This document shows positions 47,376-58,117 of a stretch of 64,000 bases of DNA, in pieces; position 1 is the stretch's first letter; each line of letters opens with the position of its first letter. The notes under the pieces are model-generated. The model had not been told where the DNA came from. It did no database searches and saw nothing but the letters and a program-made list of their open reading frames with translations. This stretch comes from a virus (Duplodnaviria; Heunggongvirae; Uroviricota; Caudoviricetes), in the IMG/VR virus record IMGVR_UViG_3300034157_000063, one strand, 5' to 3'. Position numbers and translations under genes: made by a program.

Positions 47376-48140
47376 ATGAATGATAATGAATTATGTCAAG
47401 CAATGATCGCAGAATTAAGACCTTTCTTTGAAAAAAACATGAAAGGTTCTGTTATTTTTCATACCCGCACTGGATTGGGACAGTATGCTGGTGGTCGAAC
47501 CATTTGTTGCATAGATGTCAATACGAGTAAAGCTAAGCCTATTTTTCGATTTACTATCAATAACAATATTGAAAAAGGCGATTATGTAGTAAATAATATT
47601 GATTTAGAGATTGATAACAAAAAATATTTGCCACTTTATAATAAGTTTATTAAACACTGCAGTGAACAAAGCACAGATTCTTTTTCATTATTTATGAAAG
47701 CTGCTAGTGAATACAGTGAACAACTAAAAATTATCTCAAAAATAAATGTTTTACCTTTTGCAAAAAGAACATTAAAATTTGGCTCATGGAAAACTCTCAT
47801 GATGGATACAACTCTTCATGCCGAAGTCACAACACCTTTTGAGACTTTCAAAGTTTACAAAAGATCTAAATTTATATTTGAGAACAATCAATTTTATCTT
47901 AATGATGAATTTCACTTCATATCATTTGGCATGGATTTTTGGTTTCAGAAGATCACTGAGCAGGATAGTTTAGTTAAAATGCAGTTGCATACTTTTGCCA
48001 CTCAATTTAATGACCTCCATCAGACACAAATTTTAGGCACAATCATTCGTTTATACAATTTACCTCACACCGAAGTTAATGCGTTCAGTAACGAACAAAT
48101 TATGAGTTACTATCCAGTTTTGGCTATCGAACACTATTGA
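47376..48140 (+). CDS. tail-family paralogue (ends ...YYPVLAIEHY; Met replaced by Ile)
   Basis: 254 aa. Shares 'IFENN(K/Q)FYLN' with the previous two genes. Confidence 0.65.
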   Translation: MNDNELCQAMIAELRPFFEKNMKGSVIFHTRTGLGQYAGGRTICCIDVNTSKAKPIFRFTINNNIEKGDYVVNNIDLEIDNKKYLPLYNKFIKHCSEQSTDSFSLFMKAASEYSEQLKIISKINVLPFAKRTLKFGSWKTLMMDTTLHAEVTTPFETFKVYKRSKFIFENNQFYLNDEFHFISFGMDFWFQKITEQDSLVKMQLHTFATQFNDLHQTQILGTIIRLYNLPHTEVNAFSNEQIMSYYPVLAIEHY

Positions 48141-48178
48141 ATAAATAGTATTACTGTGTTAGAATATCGAATATTTGA

Positions 48179-49459
<1,281 letters not shown>

Positions 49460-50293
49460 GTGTCTAAACTCAATTCAAAAGAAATCTGCCAGCCACTGTT
49501 GGATCATGCTAAAACAGTGCTGTCGGATGGTTTGGATCGCCCTTTTGAACAATACACTGTTGATTATGGACATGATGGTTTTTCAATTTTTAAAAACAGA
49601 AAGACAGGTTACAAATCGAGTGCTTACAACATCCTTAATGCCTATGTGCTACCTTGTAAAAATGGTAACTTCTTAAAAGTAGGCATGGATGGTTCTATTG
49701 ATGACTATAATAACCTTTATTCAACACTTTTTAAAGATCCTATTGTTGATGAAGTGTACCTTCAAGCTGTTATTCAGAAGTTTTTTGATGCCGGGTTAAG
49801 ATGGAACCAGTTTGATTCTGTGGAATACTATCCAAAAGATTTATCCATTGATTCGTTAACTTCTGACGACCATCATCGTAGGAAATCGACTAATAAGAAA
49901 CATTTGGCTATGTTCTATTACTCAGCTCGTAGTCGTAAAGCTGAACAACGCCGTCGATTCAGTAATAGAAAAAGTAAAGCAGCCTATTCAGTCTGTACAA
50001 TGAGTTTGAATATGTCTACTTATACAGGTGAATTGAAGCCTGTTTATGTTTTGAACATACCTTTATTAGCCGATATTAAATTTTCTATTATGGTTGATGC
50101 TAATACTGGCATCAGTGAAGATGATATACAATTGTTGGTTTATAAATATGAACTATGCATTCGCACTCAATTGTATGACATCATTAAACGTAATCTTAGG
50201 CTTAAAGATCATGAATCACTAGGTGAAGTAACCGAATACTCTATGCAACAACTCGTTGATTATGTCATTGTGACAGAAATGGCTTCTTATTGA
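49460..50293 (+). CDS. tail-family paralogue (ends ...VIVTEMASY)
   Basis: GTG start immediately after the serS TAA, with GGAG 6 nt upstream inside the serS 3' end. Confidence 0.55.
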   Translation: MSKLNSKEICQPLLDHAKTVLSDGLDRPFEQYTVDYGHDGFSIFKNRKTGYKSSAYNILNAYVLPCKNGNFLKVGMDGSIDDYNNLYSTLFKDPIVDEVYLQAVIQKFFDAGLRWNQFDSVEYYPKDLSIDSLTSDDHHRRKSTNKKHLAMFYYSARSRKAEQRRRFSNRKSKAAYSVCTMSLNMSTYTGELKPVYVLNIPLLADIKFSIMVDANTGISEDDIQLLVYKYELCIRTQLYDIIKRNLRLKDHESLGEVTEYSMQQLVDYVIVTEMASY

Positions 50294-50344
50294 TTTAACT
50301 CTAAAAATATGGTATAATCTTGCCATATTTTGGAGATTTAATTC

Positions 50345-51109
50345 ATGTCAACTTTATTAGACAATGCTACGTTTATTAAAAACAATATTGTAAAATTTAT
50401 TGTTGATGTTTTAGTTCGTGAATTAGATTCCTTTTCCATTGAAGACAATGCGTATCAAACAGGATCTATCATTACCTGTCACTACAAAACAGAAAAAGGT
50501 AAATTGCACTCTATTTCTGCAGATTATTTACACAGCACCACCCAAGAAATTAGCCTTAAATGCAGTGCCAACCCCGGACTGCTTAGAGATTTCTATTGGT
50601 TTTTTATGTCTAAACAAGAAAATGAACAATTACATCTGATTAAAGACTCTATTGACGCCATTCTTAGTGAATTTCAGGTAGGTGCTGTGCATATGAAATT
50701 TAATGCCCAACCTATGGGTGAGATTTACCATGATAAAAAAAGAAAAATTAAATATTGTGTTCATAAGGAAATGTTTCAAGGTAAAATTTCATTTGAAAGT
50801 CATTTTAATAAATTTTCTTTCATGAATGCACGTCTTAAAAGCAAACCTTATTACTATTTGGATGGCTCCGTATTAAAATCTAGCAAGATGATTCAATTTA
50901 TTATTACGGCTCAATCATTTTCTCTTGATTTAAAAGATGATGAAGATTTTTTGAATAGAGTTAATACAATGTGCAGCAACATTTACCCTGTTGTTTTAAA
51001 AAACGCTTCATCTACTATTTCAGAAAAATTTTGTCTTGATGATATAACCTGTTTTTCTGAGGATGATATTAAAGGTTATCTAACACTTATGACTATGGAA
51101 AACATTTAA
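50345..51109 (+). CDS. tail-family paralogue (ends ...LTLMTMENI)
   Basis: 254 aa. TGgTATAAT promoter, SD TGGAGA. Confidence 0.6.
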   Translation: MSTLLDNATFIKNNIVKFIVDVLVRELDSFSIEDNAYQTGSIITCHYKTEKGKLHSISADYLHSTTQEISLKCSANPGLLRDFYWFFMSKQENEQLHLIKDSIDAILSEFQVGAVHMKFNAQPMGEIYHDKKRKIKYCVHKEMFQGKISFESHFNKFSFMNARLKSKPYYYLDGSVLKSSKMIQFIITAQSFSLDLKDDEDFLNRVNTMCSNIYPVVLKNASSTISEKFCLDDITCFSEDDIKGYLTLMTMENI

Positions 51110-51921
51110 TGAACACATTCACAAACATTGATACCATTAAAGAAGCATTCCGTTTAATGCTAGGTGATGATTATTCTCTTGATTTTTATGAAGACCAAAA
51201 GACATTTTATTTGTTTAATAATATGACAATGAGTAAAGTGCTTAACTTTGAATATGACAATGAGACTCGTAAATTTTCTTACTACAAATTAACAGATTCT
51301 GATTTTCGTGAGACAGCAGACTCTATTTTTACACAATTTGATAGCTTTAAGACGTGTCAAATGATTTCAGACAGTTTCTTTAATAATGAGCTTTCAAAGA
51401 TTATTTTTAAAGACCCTATTTTCTTTGATTCTGATACTTTCAATAGGTCGAAAATAGTAGGCAAAAGAATAACGCTCTCGCCTATTTTCTATTACATGAA
51501 TGCATGGAACATGTTGTTTGTCGAATTAGGTTATGTGGTGACAGAAGATTTTAAAATTAAACCCATTATTGATCTGTGTATCAATTTACGTGGATTTGGA
51601 AAAACTCGATTCTTGGTTGATGAAGATTCTGGGCAGTTTGTCAATTTGTTGGATACTAATCATTATAGATTACATACTGATAATCCGGCTCTGAGCACAA
51701 CAACCATCAGTATTATTTCATCAGCCGACATCGTGAGAAATGTGGCTATTAATAAAAACCCGAATTTAGTTGGACTTAATGATTATATTAATGACTTCAT
51801 GAATAAACTAACCCCTGAATTATACAATTTCTATGTCAATCAATTTAATGTGGTTGGCAGTAGCAGTGAAGCTAATGGTTCGATTAATGATTTTAAAGTA
51901 TTGGAGATGTTAAAAGTATGA
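51109..51921 (+). CDS. tail-family paralogue (ends ...FKVLEMLKV)
   Basis: 270 aa. TAATG overlap. Confidence 0.6.
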   Translation: MNTFTNIDTIKEAFRLMLGDDYSLDFYEDQKTFYLFNNMTMSKVLNFEYDNETRKFSYYKLTDSDFRETADSIFTQFDSFKTCQMISDSFFNNELSKIIFKDPIFFDSDTFNRSKIVGKRITLSPIFYYMNAWNMLFVELGYVVTEDFKIKPIIDLCINLRGFGKTRFLVDEDSGQFVNLLDTNHYRLHTDNPALSTTTISIISSADIVRNVAINKNPNLVGLNDYINDFMNKLTPELYNFYVNQFNVVGSSSEANGSINDFKVLEMLKV

Positions 51922-52697
51922 CAAATAAAAAAGAAGTCAATCACCTTTTGGTCATTAAGAAAGATTTTAGTCAACTATTGAAAGAAAAATTTAATCTTGA
52001 TGTGATTGGAACCAACATTAAACATAAAGTCGATATGTGTCAGTCTGATGTCATTAAATTTACTGTGTTCGTCAGTAATGAGAACAAGTTTATTTATGTC
52101 TATGTTAATCGACAAGATAAAAAGACTATTCACATTTCAACGGATATTAATGAAACCTTTCTTGATGAGCTATCCCAACTGTTTATGCATAAAGATGCTG
52201 ATTCATTCATCAAAAATTTCAATAGGGGGTTTTTAGACTTTACTACCAAATACAGTTTATTAAAGTCTTCAGATTTTAATGATGAACCCTTCTTTAAGTC
52301 ACAGTTTGGTTTCATTAGATCGTACAGCTCGCATTCTTATTTTTATGCAATGAGAACCTATTCAAACCATTTTTTGAATACTAAATTATACAAAATTCAA
52401 AATTCGATGATCATGATGACCACTAAATTGATGTTTAACTATCATAATGGTGCATTTACTGCCTATCCTTATCTTAAAATTAAGTTTGGTTCTATTGAGC
52501 ATGATGTTCATTTGTCTAGTGCTCACACTATGCAGAACAATCTGGCTGGCTTTTTGATGAAAGTTAAAAATGAAATCGATCCAACGGTGAAAAATCTTTT
52601 CAAAAAGTTATTTGACATTGATGACGCAGGTTTTAACGCTCTCAATAAAGAATCTTTTGAAGACCACCTTTCGATCATTGCAATGAACCATATTTGA
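51918..52697 (+). CDS. tail-family paralogue (ends ...HLSIIAMNHI)
   Basis: 259 aa. ATGA overlap. Confidence 0.6.
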   Translation: MTNKKEVNHLLVIKKDFSQLLKEKFNLDVIGTNIKHKVDMCQSDVIKFTVFVSNENKFIYVYVNRQDKKTIHISTDINETFLDELSQLFMHKDADSFIKNFNRGFLDFTTKYSLLKSSDFNDEPFFKSQFGFIRSYSSHSYFYAMRTYSNHFLNTKLYKIQNSMIMMTTKLMFNYHNGAFTAYPYLKIKFGSIEHDVHLSSAHTMQNNLAGFLMKVKNEIDPTVKNLFKKLFDIDDAGFNALNKESFEDHLSIIAMNHI

Positions 52698-52712
52698 TAT
52701 AGGATATTAATA

Positions 52713-53627
52713 ATGAAAAATATTGATCTAACAGCCTTACTTAATAGTATCAACAGTGGTGCTGTCAAAGTGACAACTTTTAATCAATCAAAAAAGGACA
52801 ACAAAGAAAAACAAGAGGCTGCTATGAAAGAATATGAACCACTTATAAAACAAGTTAGAGCCATACTGGTTGATAAATATGGATCTAAGCATTACCCCCT
52901 TGAAAGTAATGATACTTATCAAACGTGTGGATTCAGAATGATACTTGAGTCTGGTCCTAAATTCTCTGATAATAAATACTTACGAGTTTATAACAATGTG
53001 TATGATGGTCAATCTGTTTATTCAATTTTTAATGATAAGATTGATAAAAGCAAAGTTGTTCTGACTTTATTTGAACAGTTGATGGCCGGTCGTGATTTTC
53101 CATCTTACATTATGGACACTGTTATTGATCGTTATATTAAAGAGACTAATGAATTTGAATTCTTTTCTCACTTTGAAAAAAGTGTCACTCCACAACAGTT
53201 AAAAGATTTTTTTGTAAAGACTAAAACCTACAAAGACACAAAAGAACAACGTTTGTGTAAATCTTATTATGGTTATCTTTCAAAAGCTGAAAATTCAAGA
53301 AAACAAACGAGCTTTTCATTTTCTCCATCCAAAGTAGAAATTGTATTGATGAGAGATAGTCAAGGGGCATTCGTGCCGGGTTTTTTGTTTAACCTTCCCG
53401 TCCTATCAACTTTAAAATTTAAGTATGCAGTGCCTATGTTTTCTGATAATATGGCAGTATCTATTGATGAGTTATTTGAGAAATTTAATGCCAAATTCAT
53501 AAAGTGTGTTGTTGATATTATTGGTCGAGCTGAAAACTTAAAATTGAAGGAGAAAAAATTAATGATGACCTTACCAAGAGCAGAGTTGATTGGTCGATTG
53601 AAAGTGACTGAGATGTTGACGTATTAA
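52713..53627 (+). CDS. tail-family paralogue (ends ...RLKVTEMLTY)
   Basis: 304 aa. Confidence 0.6.
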   Translation: MKNIDLTALLNSINSGAVKVTTFNQSKKDNKEKQEAAMKEYEPLIKQVRAILVDKYGSKHYPLESNDTYQTCGFRMILESGPKFSDNKYLRVYNNVYDGQSVYSIFNDKIDKSKVVLTLFEQLMAGRDFPSYIMDTVIDRYIKETNEFEFFSHFEKSVTPQQLKDFFVKTKTYKDTKEQRLCKSYYGYLSKAENSRKQTSFSFSPSKVEIVLMRDSQGAFVPGFLFNLPVLSTLKFKYAVPMFSDNMAVSIDELFEKFNAKFIKCVVDIIGRAENLKLKEKKLMMTLPRAELIGRLKVTEMLTY

Positions 53628-53629
53628 CA

Positions 53630-54421
53630 ATGTCAAACATTAATCAGACGTTTCTTGACGCTGTTTCTAAAACCTTTGATGGTCATTTTGTTTCGGCCAC
53701 ATTTTTAAACAGTTCAACGCTTTCGTTAACTCATCAGAACAATGAGCCAGTTGCCTTGTTAAATTTTCATGGGAATGTTCTTTCGCGTTCAGTTTTTTAC
53801 AAGGAAGATGTCTATTTATCATGTATTCCAGATATTATGTATACCCGAGAAGAAAATAAGTTACTCAAAAAAGCATTTTCATCTTTTTGTTTGAATGAAG
53901 CCCTTGTTCATATGATTAAAACTAAGGGTGAGTTTGATTTAAAATCCATTCATCGAGTTGTTACTGTTAATCAGCGAGTCGAGCATATGTTTTATAATTC
54001 ATGCACATTATCAGATATAGACCTTTATCATTCACCGAAAAGACATAACTTCTATTATTCTTATGACAAGCGAATGGTGTTAGACAATTCTGGTAATTTT
54101 CGACCCATCTTAGTGTTGGACATCTCTTTAAAACAAAAGACCTATTCAATTTTACTATCGCCTGAACTCAATAAAGCAGCAAATATTTCAACCTTTAGTG
54201 GAAACAATGCGGATAGGTGTTTTCTGACCTTTGAACAATTATTCGATAATGGTGTTGAAATTAATGATTTAAAGACTTCGATTGATAGTAATTGGACATA
54301 CGATATTTTCTTTTACTATATTGATAGTCTCCTTAACGATAGGAAACTGGTTGAGAGTATTTTTGACAGTTGTTCTAATTACGCTGAAATGATGAATTTG
54401 GTTGAAATGAATCGTATATAA
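53630..54421 (+). CDS. tail-family paralogue (ends ...MMNLVEMNRI)
   Basis: 263 aa. Confidence 0.6.
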   Translation: MSNINQTFLDAVSKTFDGHFVSATFLNSSTLSLTHQNNEPVALLNFHGNVLSRSVFYKEDVYLSCIPDIMYTREENKLLKKAFSSFCLNEALVHMIKTKGEFDLKSIHRVVTVNQRVEHMFYNSCTLSDIDLYHSPKRHNFYYSYDKRMVLDNSGNFRPILVLDISLKQKTYSILLSPELNKAANISTFSGNNADRCFLTFEQLFDNGVEINDLKTSIDSNWTYDIFFYYIDSLLNDRKLVESIFDSCSNYAEMMNLVEMNRI

Positions 54422-54454
54422 TGTTATACTCATTCATTATTTTTGGAGCTTATT

Positions 54455-55252
54455 ATGGAAAATTTTCGAAATGCTGTTTCTGGGGCATTTAATACCAAAA
54501 CAACACAAACAACATTTTTTGAATATGAGCAATATCCTATGATGGACACTCATGTTCATATTATGCTTAAAAAAGATAAAAACCCCATTAATATAGATAA
54601 AATATTTTTAAGTTTCGGCATTTCACCGGGACAACCTCTTTTCCATTCAATTTGTCTCAAAGATCTTATTTATATAGACAAGTTTAATCAAATGTTTCAA
54701 ATGCATAAAAACTCAAGAAACGATTTTAATTTTATCAATGATTATCTTAATTCTTTTCATAAAAACTCTAATTTCTCAAAATTATTGAGAATTGATTATG
54801 ATATAAAATCTCACGAATTTTATACTTTTAAAAAATTATATATGTTAGAAAAAGACGAGTCTAAATATGGTATAACATCTTGTGTTAATAAGTCTTACAG
54901 AAGTGTTGCACAATATGAATTTATTAAAAACTTTTCAATAACCCGTGATGGAGTAATAGCTCTGTTTCCAACTGTTCATTTTTTTAAGCATGTTAATCCA
55001 TTTTCATTATATTTTAGCCTGTCTGATAAAAAAGTTTATAAACTTCCAGAAAGTTTTGAAGGCTTAGTGACCTTGGAAGATATTGTAGAAGCCAGCACCC
55101 TTTTTACCGATCATGATATTGATGTTTTTACAGATGAAATATTGATGATGTATGTGTGTAATCTTCATAATGGATTTTATCAAGAATTTCTAGATATCCC
55201 ACAAGAAAATATTTCTGATAAGATAGATTTATTACTAATGACCGCTATTTAA
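54455..55252 (+). CDS. tail-family paralogue (ends ...KIDLLLMTAI)
   Basis: Track start 54443 is TTG. The ATG at 54455 has TGGAGC 6 nt upstream. Confidence 0.6.
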   Translation: MENFRNAVSGAFNTKTTQTTFFEYEQYPMMDTHVHIMLKKDKNPINIDKIFLSFGISPGQPLFHSICLKDLIYIDKFNQMFQMHKNSRNDFNFINDYLNSFHKNSNFSKLLRIDYDIKSHEFYTFKKLYMLEKDESKYGITSCVNKSYRSVAQYEFIKNFSITRDGVIALFPTVHFFKHVNPFSLYFSLSDKKVYKLPESFEGLVTLEDIVEASTLFTDHDIDVFTDEILMMYVCNLHNGFYQEFLDIPQENISDKIDLLLMTAI

Positions 55253-55263
55253 AAATCGTTTAC

Positions 55264-55305
55264 AAAAAAAAAGGCATTCTAATTATCTTAGGTGCCTTTT
55301 TTTAT
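55264..55305 (+). terminator. rho-independent terminator
   Basis: AAAGGCA...TGCCTTT with a 16-nt loop, followed by a T-run. Confidence 0.45.
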
Positions 55306-55376
55306 TTATTTTAAATATTATTTGACATTTTTCTTTTTGGAACGTTGATAATACTAATGTCTACGTGGATATGTGG

Positions 55377-55979
55377 TTAAATTCTTGCCATTTTTAATAG
55401 GTCGAAAGTATCATCATTGAAATCTCCAATGTTTTTAATTTCAACATCAATTGTTTGTTTTACCATTTCTTTAAACGCTGGATAAATAATATTATCATAT
55501 AAAGATTTAAAACTATACTCAGTATTTTTTGCTTGAATGGTGCATTCCATCATAGGGCCAAGTGGAATTTCAAGACACAAATTAGAGAGTATACTCTCTG
55601 GTTTATGATTAACATCCAATTTCTTTACAGGTTCTCGTTTAATATAGGTAGCGTCGAGATCCCGAATGCTGACTGAGAATCCAGTTGGGTTTATAGTGTA
55701 AAGTATATATTCTAAATAAGCATATATTTTAAAAATATCCACAATTTTTCCGAAATATGGATCTTTTATAGTTTCTAACAATGTATTAAAGAATTCGTCA
55801 GCATTATTTTTATTGATAACAAAAAGACCTTTAATAATCCTAATTTCATTAATATTACTTAAATTTTCTCTACTCCCACTAGAACCTTCAGCGAGTTCTT
55901 CATAGGTTTTGCAAATACGCACATTAATAGCTTTTTCTTTTAATTTATCAATTGTTTCTTGACATGTTAGCCATTTCAT
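55377..55979 (-). CDS. tail-family paralogue (ends ...TFDLLKMARI)
   Basis: Start chosen at the second ATG, which has GGAGTGG upstream. Confidence 0.55.
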   Translation of the reverse strand: MKWLTCQETIDKLKEKAINVRICKTYEELAEGSSGSRENLSNINEIRIIKGLFVINKNNADEFFNTLLETIKDPYFGKIVDIFKIYAYLEYILYTINPTGFSVSIRDLDATYIKREPVKKLDVNHKPESILSNLCLEIPLGPMMECTIQAKNTEYSFKSLYDNIIYPAFKEMVKQTIDVEIKNIGDFNDDTFDLLKMARI

Positions 55980-56125
55980 AAGCCACTCCATTAAATAATT
56001 ACACCAAGTATATCAAAATTAGTAATTGAGGTAAAGTTTTATTTTTTTCAATTTAATGGTTGATGTTGAAGTGAAATATTGATACAATAGTGGCCTACTT
56101 AAATGATGACTAAGGAAGCGTACAG

Positions 56126-56326
56126 ATGAAACATACCTATCTATTTTGTGGCAAAATGTATTCAATTAGTGGCAATTTGTATAAGCTGGTATCTGTATTG
56201 AGTTATGGTTCTGGTTTGCTTCGTGGTGTCCAACGTTATATTTTTGAACCTGAAAATAAATCACTTCCTGTTCTTCGTACTACTCGCTGGGCTGATGGTG
56301 AGATTGGGCGAATTTCCCGTTATTAA
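56126..56326 (+). CDS. small hypothetical protein (66 aa)
   Basis: SD AGGAAG. Weak. Confidence 0.3.
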   Translation: MKHTYLFCGKMYSISGNLYKLVSVLSYGSGLLRGVQRYIFEPENKSLPVLRTTRWADGEIGRISRY

Positions 56327-56409
56327 AAATAATATTATGAAAATCATTGCTTTACAATACTTTCAAAATGTACTATAATTCACTCATTCATAACGCTTAG
56401 GAGCAATAA

Positions 56410-57294
56410 ATGTCTAAAGAAATTCGTTTCAAAACAGAAATCAAAGATCTGAACCGTGAACTTCTTAAAAAAATTGAAAGCAAAGAAGTTCGTCGTCAAA
56501 TTAAAGAAAACTCGAAAGATGCCAACATTTTTGTAATTCGTTTTAATTCAGACGATAAAGGGAATGCTTTTGAAAAACTGGAACGTGATGTGGACATGAC
56601 TATTCTTAACTCAGAACGTAGTGATGCTGTTTATATGATTATTAAAAGTCCCGGTGGTAGCGTAACTGCTTATGCAAACGCTGCACAGCAAATCAATCGA
56701 CTTCGTGCTCACGGTTTGCATGTTACTGGGTTTGTGGATGAAGTCGCTGCAAGTGGTGGTTATATGATGGCTTCTGTGTGTGACCGCATTGTTGCTCAAC
56801 CTTTTGCTTTTGTTGGTTCTATCGGCGTTGTTTCGCAAGTGCCTATCTTTGAAGAAGTTTTGAACAAAATCGGTGTTGATGTTCGAGTTTATACGGCTGG
56901 TGTTAATAAGCGTTCAGTAGTTCCAACAAAAACGCCAACTGAAGCAGACGAAACTGTTTTTAAACAAAAGCTTGTTGATATTCATACCGCGTTTAAAAAT
57001 CACGTATTGAAATATCGCCCAATGATTAACCCTGAGAAGTTGATGGAAGGTGATTTCTACATGGCTCAAGATGTTTTGGCTGAAAAACTGGTTGATGAAA
57101 TTGGTGATAGTCGCACGGCTATTCTGAAAGCGTTTAAAGAAGGTTCTAAAATGTATCAAGTGAACACTGACGTAAAAGCGAAAAGTGGTGGTATTGCTGG
57201 ACTGTTTGGTCTTGATACCATTTTGGAGACATCCATCAGTAAAGCAATTGATAAACTGTTTTCAATGTCTCACCCAAATGAAAGCATTCGTTAA
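56410..57294 (+). CDS. S49-family (SppA/SohB-like, ClpP-fold) serine peptidase
   Basis: 'YMIIKSPGGSV' and 'VDEVAASGGYMMASVCD' match the S49 catalytic-Ser and Lys regions. SD AGGAGC. Confidence 0.7.
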   Translation: MSKEIRFKTEIKDLNRELLKKIESKEVRRQIKENSKDANIFVIRFNSDDKGNAFEKLERDVDMTILNSERSDAVYMIIKSPGGSVTAYANAAQQINRLRAHGLHVTGFVDEVAASGGYMMASVCDRIVAQPFAFVGSIGVVSQVPIFEEVLNKIGVDVRVYTAGVNKRSVVPTKTPTEADETVFKQKLVDIHTAFKNHVLKYRPMINPEKLMEGDFYMAQDVLAEKLVDEIGDSRTAILKAFKEGSKMYQVNTDVKAKSGGIAGLFGLDTILETSISKAIDKLFSMSHPNESIR

Positions 57295-57358
57295 TTGTTA
57301 AATTTTAAAATATCTCTTAGGAGATATTTTTTTATTGCTAGTGTTAAGGAGTATCGAA

Positions 57359-58042
57359 ATGACAGCAAAAACTAATCAAGACATTATAAGAGAACATCTT
57401 TTAACAGACCTTTCAGAATTGTCAGATGCAGATTTTCGTCATTTTGATAGTTTGTTTGATATGGGTGATCATATTAATAAATATGCTTACCCAACATTGA
57501 AATATGATTTTAATGGTTCTGGTTTTATTTATCTGCTTGGAGCGAACAACCAAAAGTACGCGATTGGACACTACACGTCAAACGCCTTTGAGCTAAATAT
57601 CTGTGTTCCTTTTATTTTTATGAAGCGAATAACCATCAACAAACTTAATTCGTTTAATATTTCGCCACAACGTGAGCAAATCATATCAAAAAACCTCATA
57701 TTTTTAGATAAAATGTTTTATTATTTTAAAGGTTATGAAATTATTAATTCAATAGGATTAAAATTTACAGACACTGGTATTTTGAGGTTTGGAACTCATT
57801 TTATTAGATACAAGAACACATTTACTGTAGCACTAAATAATCAGTCATTACGATTTGATTATAATTATATTCTTTATGAGAAAAAAGGAGCTGTTGAATA
57901 TTTCATCGGCAGTATTCATATTCAAAAATTTAGGACGGCCTTAGAAAATTATCTAAGTGAACATACGGTTCCTTTGTTCAATAAAAAATTTAGTAAATTG
58001 ACAAAAAAAGAACTTTTACTTTTAAAAATGTGTAATATTTGA
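57359..58042 (+). CDS. tail-family paralogue (ends ...ELLLLKMCNI)
   Basis: Track start 57335 is TTG. The ATG at 57359 has AAGGAG upstream. Confidence 0.6.
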   Translation: MTAKTNQDIIREHLLTDLSELSDADFRHFDSLFDMGDHINKYAYPTLKYDFNGSGFIYLLGANNQKYAIGHYTSNAFELNICVPFIFMKRITINKLNSFNISPQREQIISKNLIFLDKMFYYFKGYEIINSIGLKFTDTGILRFGTHFIRYKNTFTVALNNQSLRFDYNYILYEKKGAVEYFIGSIHIQKFRTALENYLSEHTVPLFNKKFSKLTKKELLLLKMCNI

Positions 58043-58117
58043 AATAGTCTATAGTTTAATAATCTCTTAAATTTTTTCTTATTGTATGTTATAATGATAA
58101 AAAACCACGATTTATTT

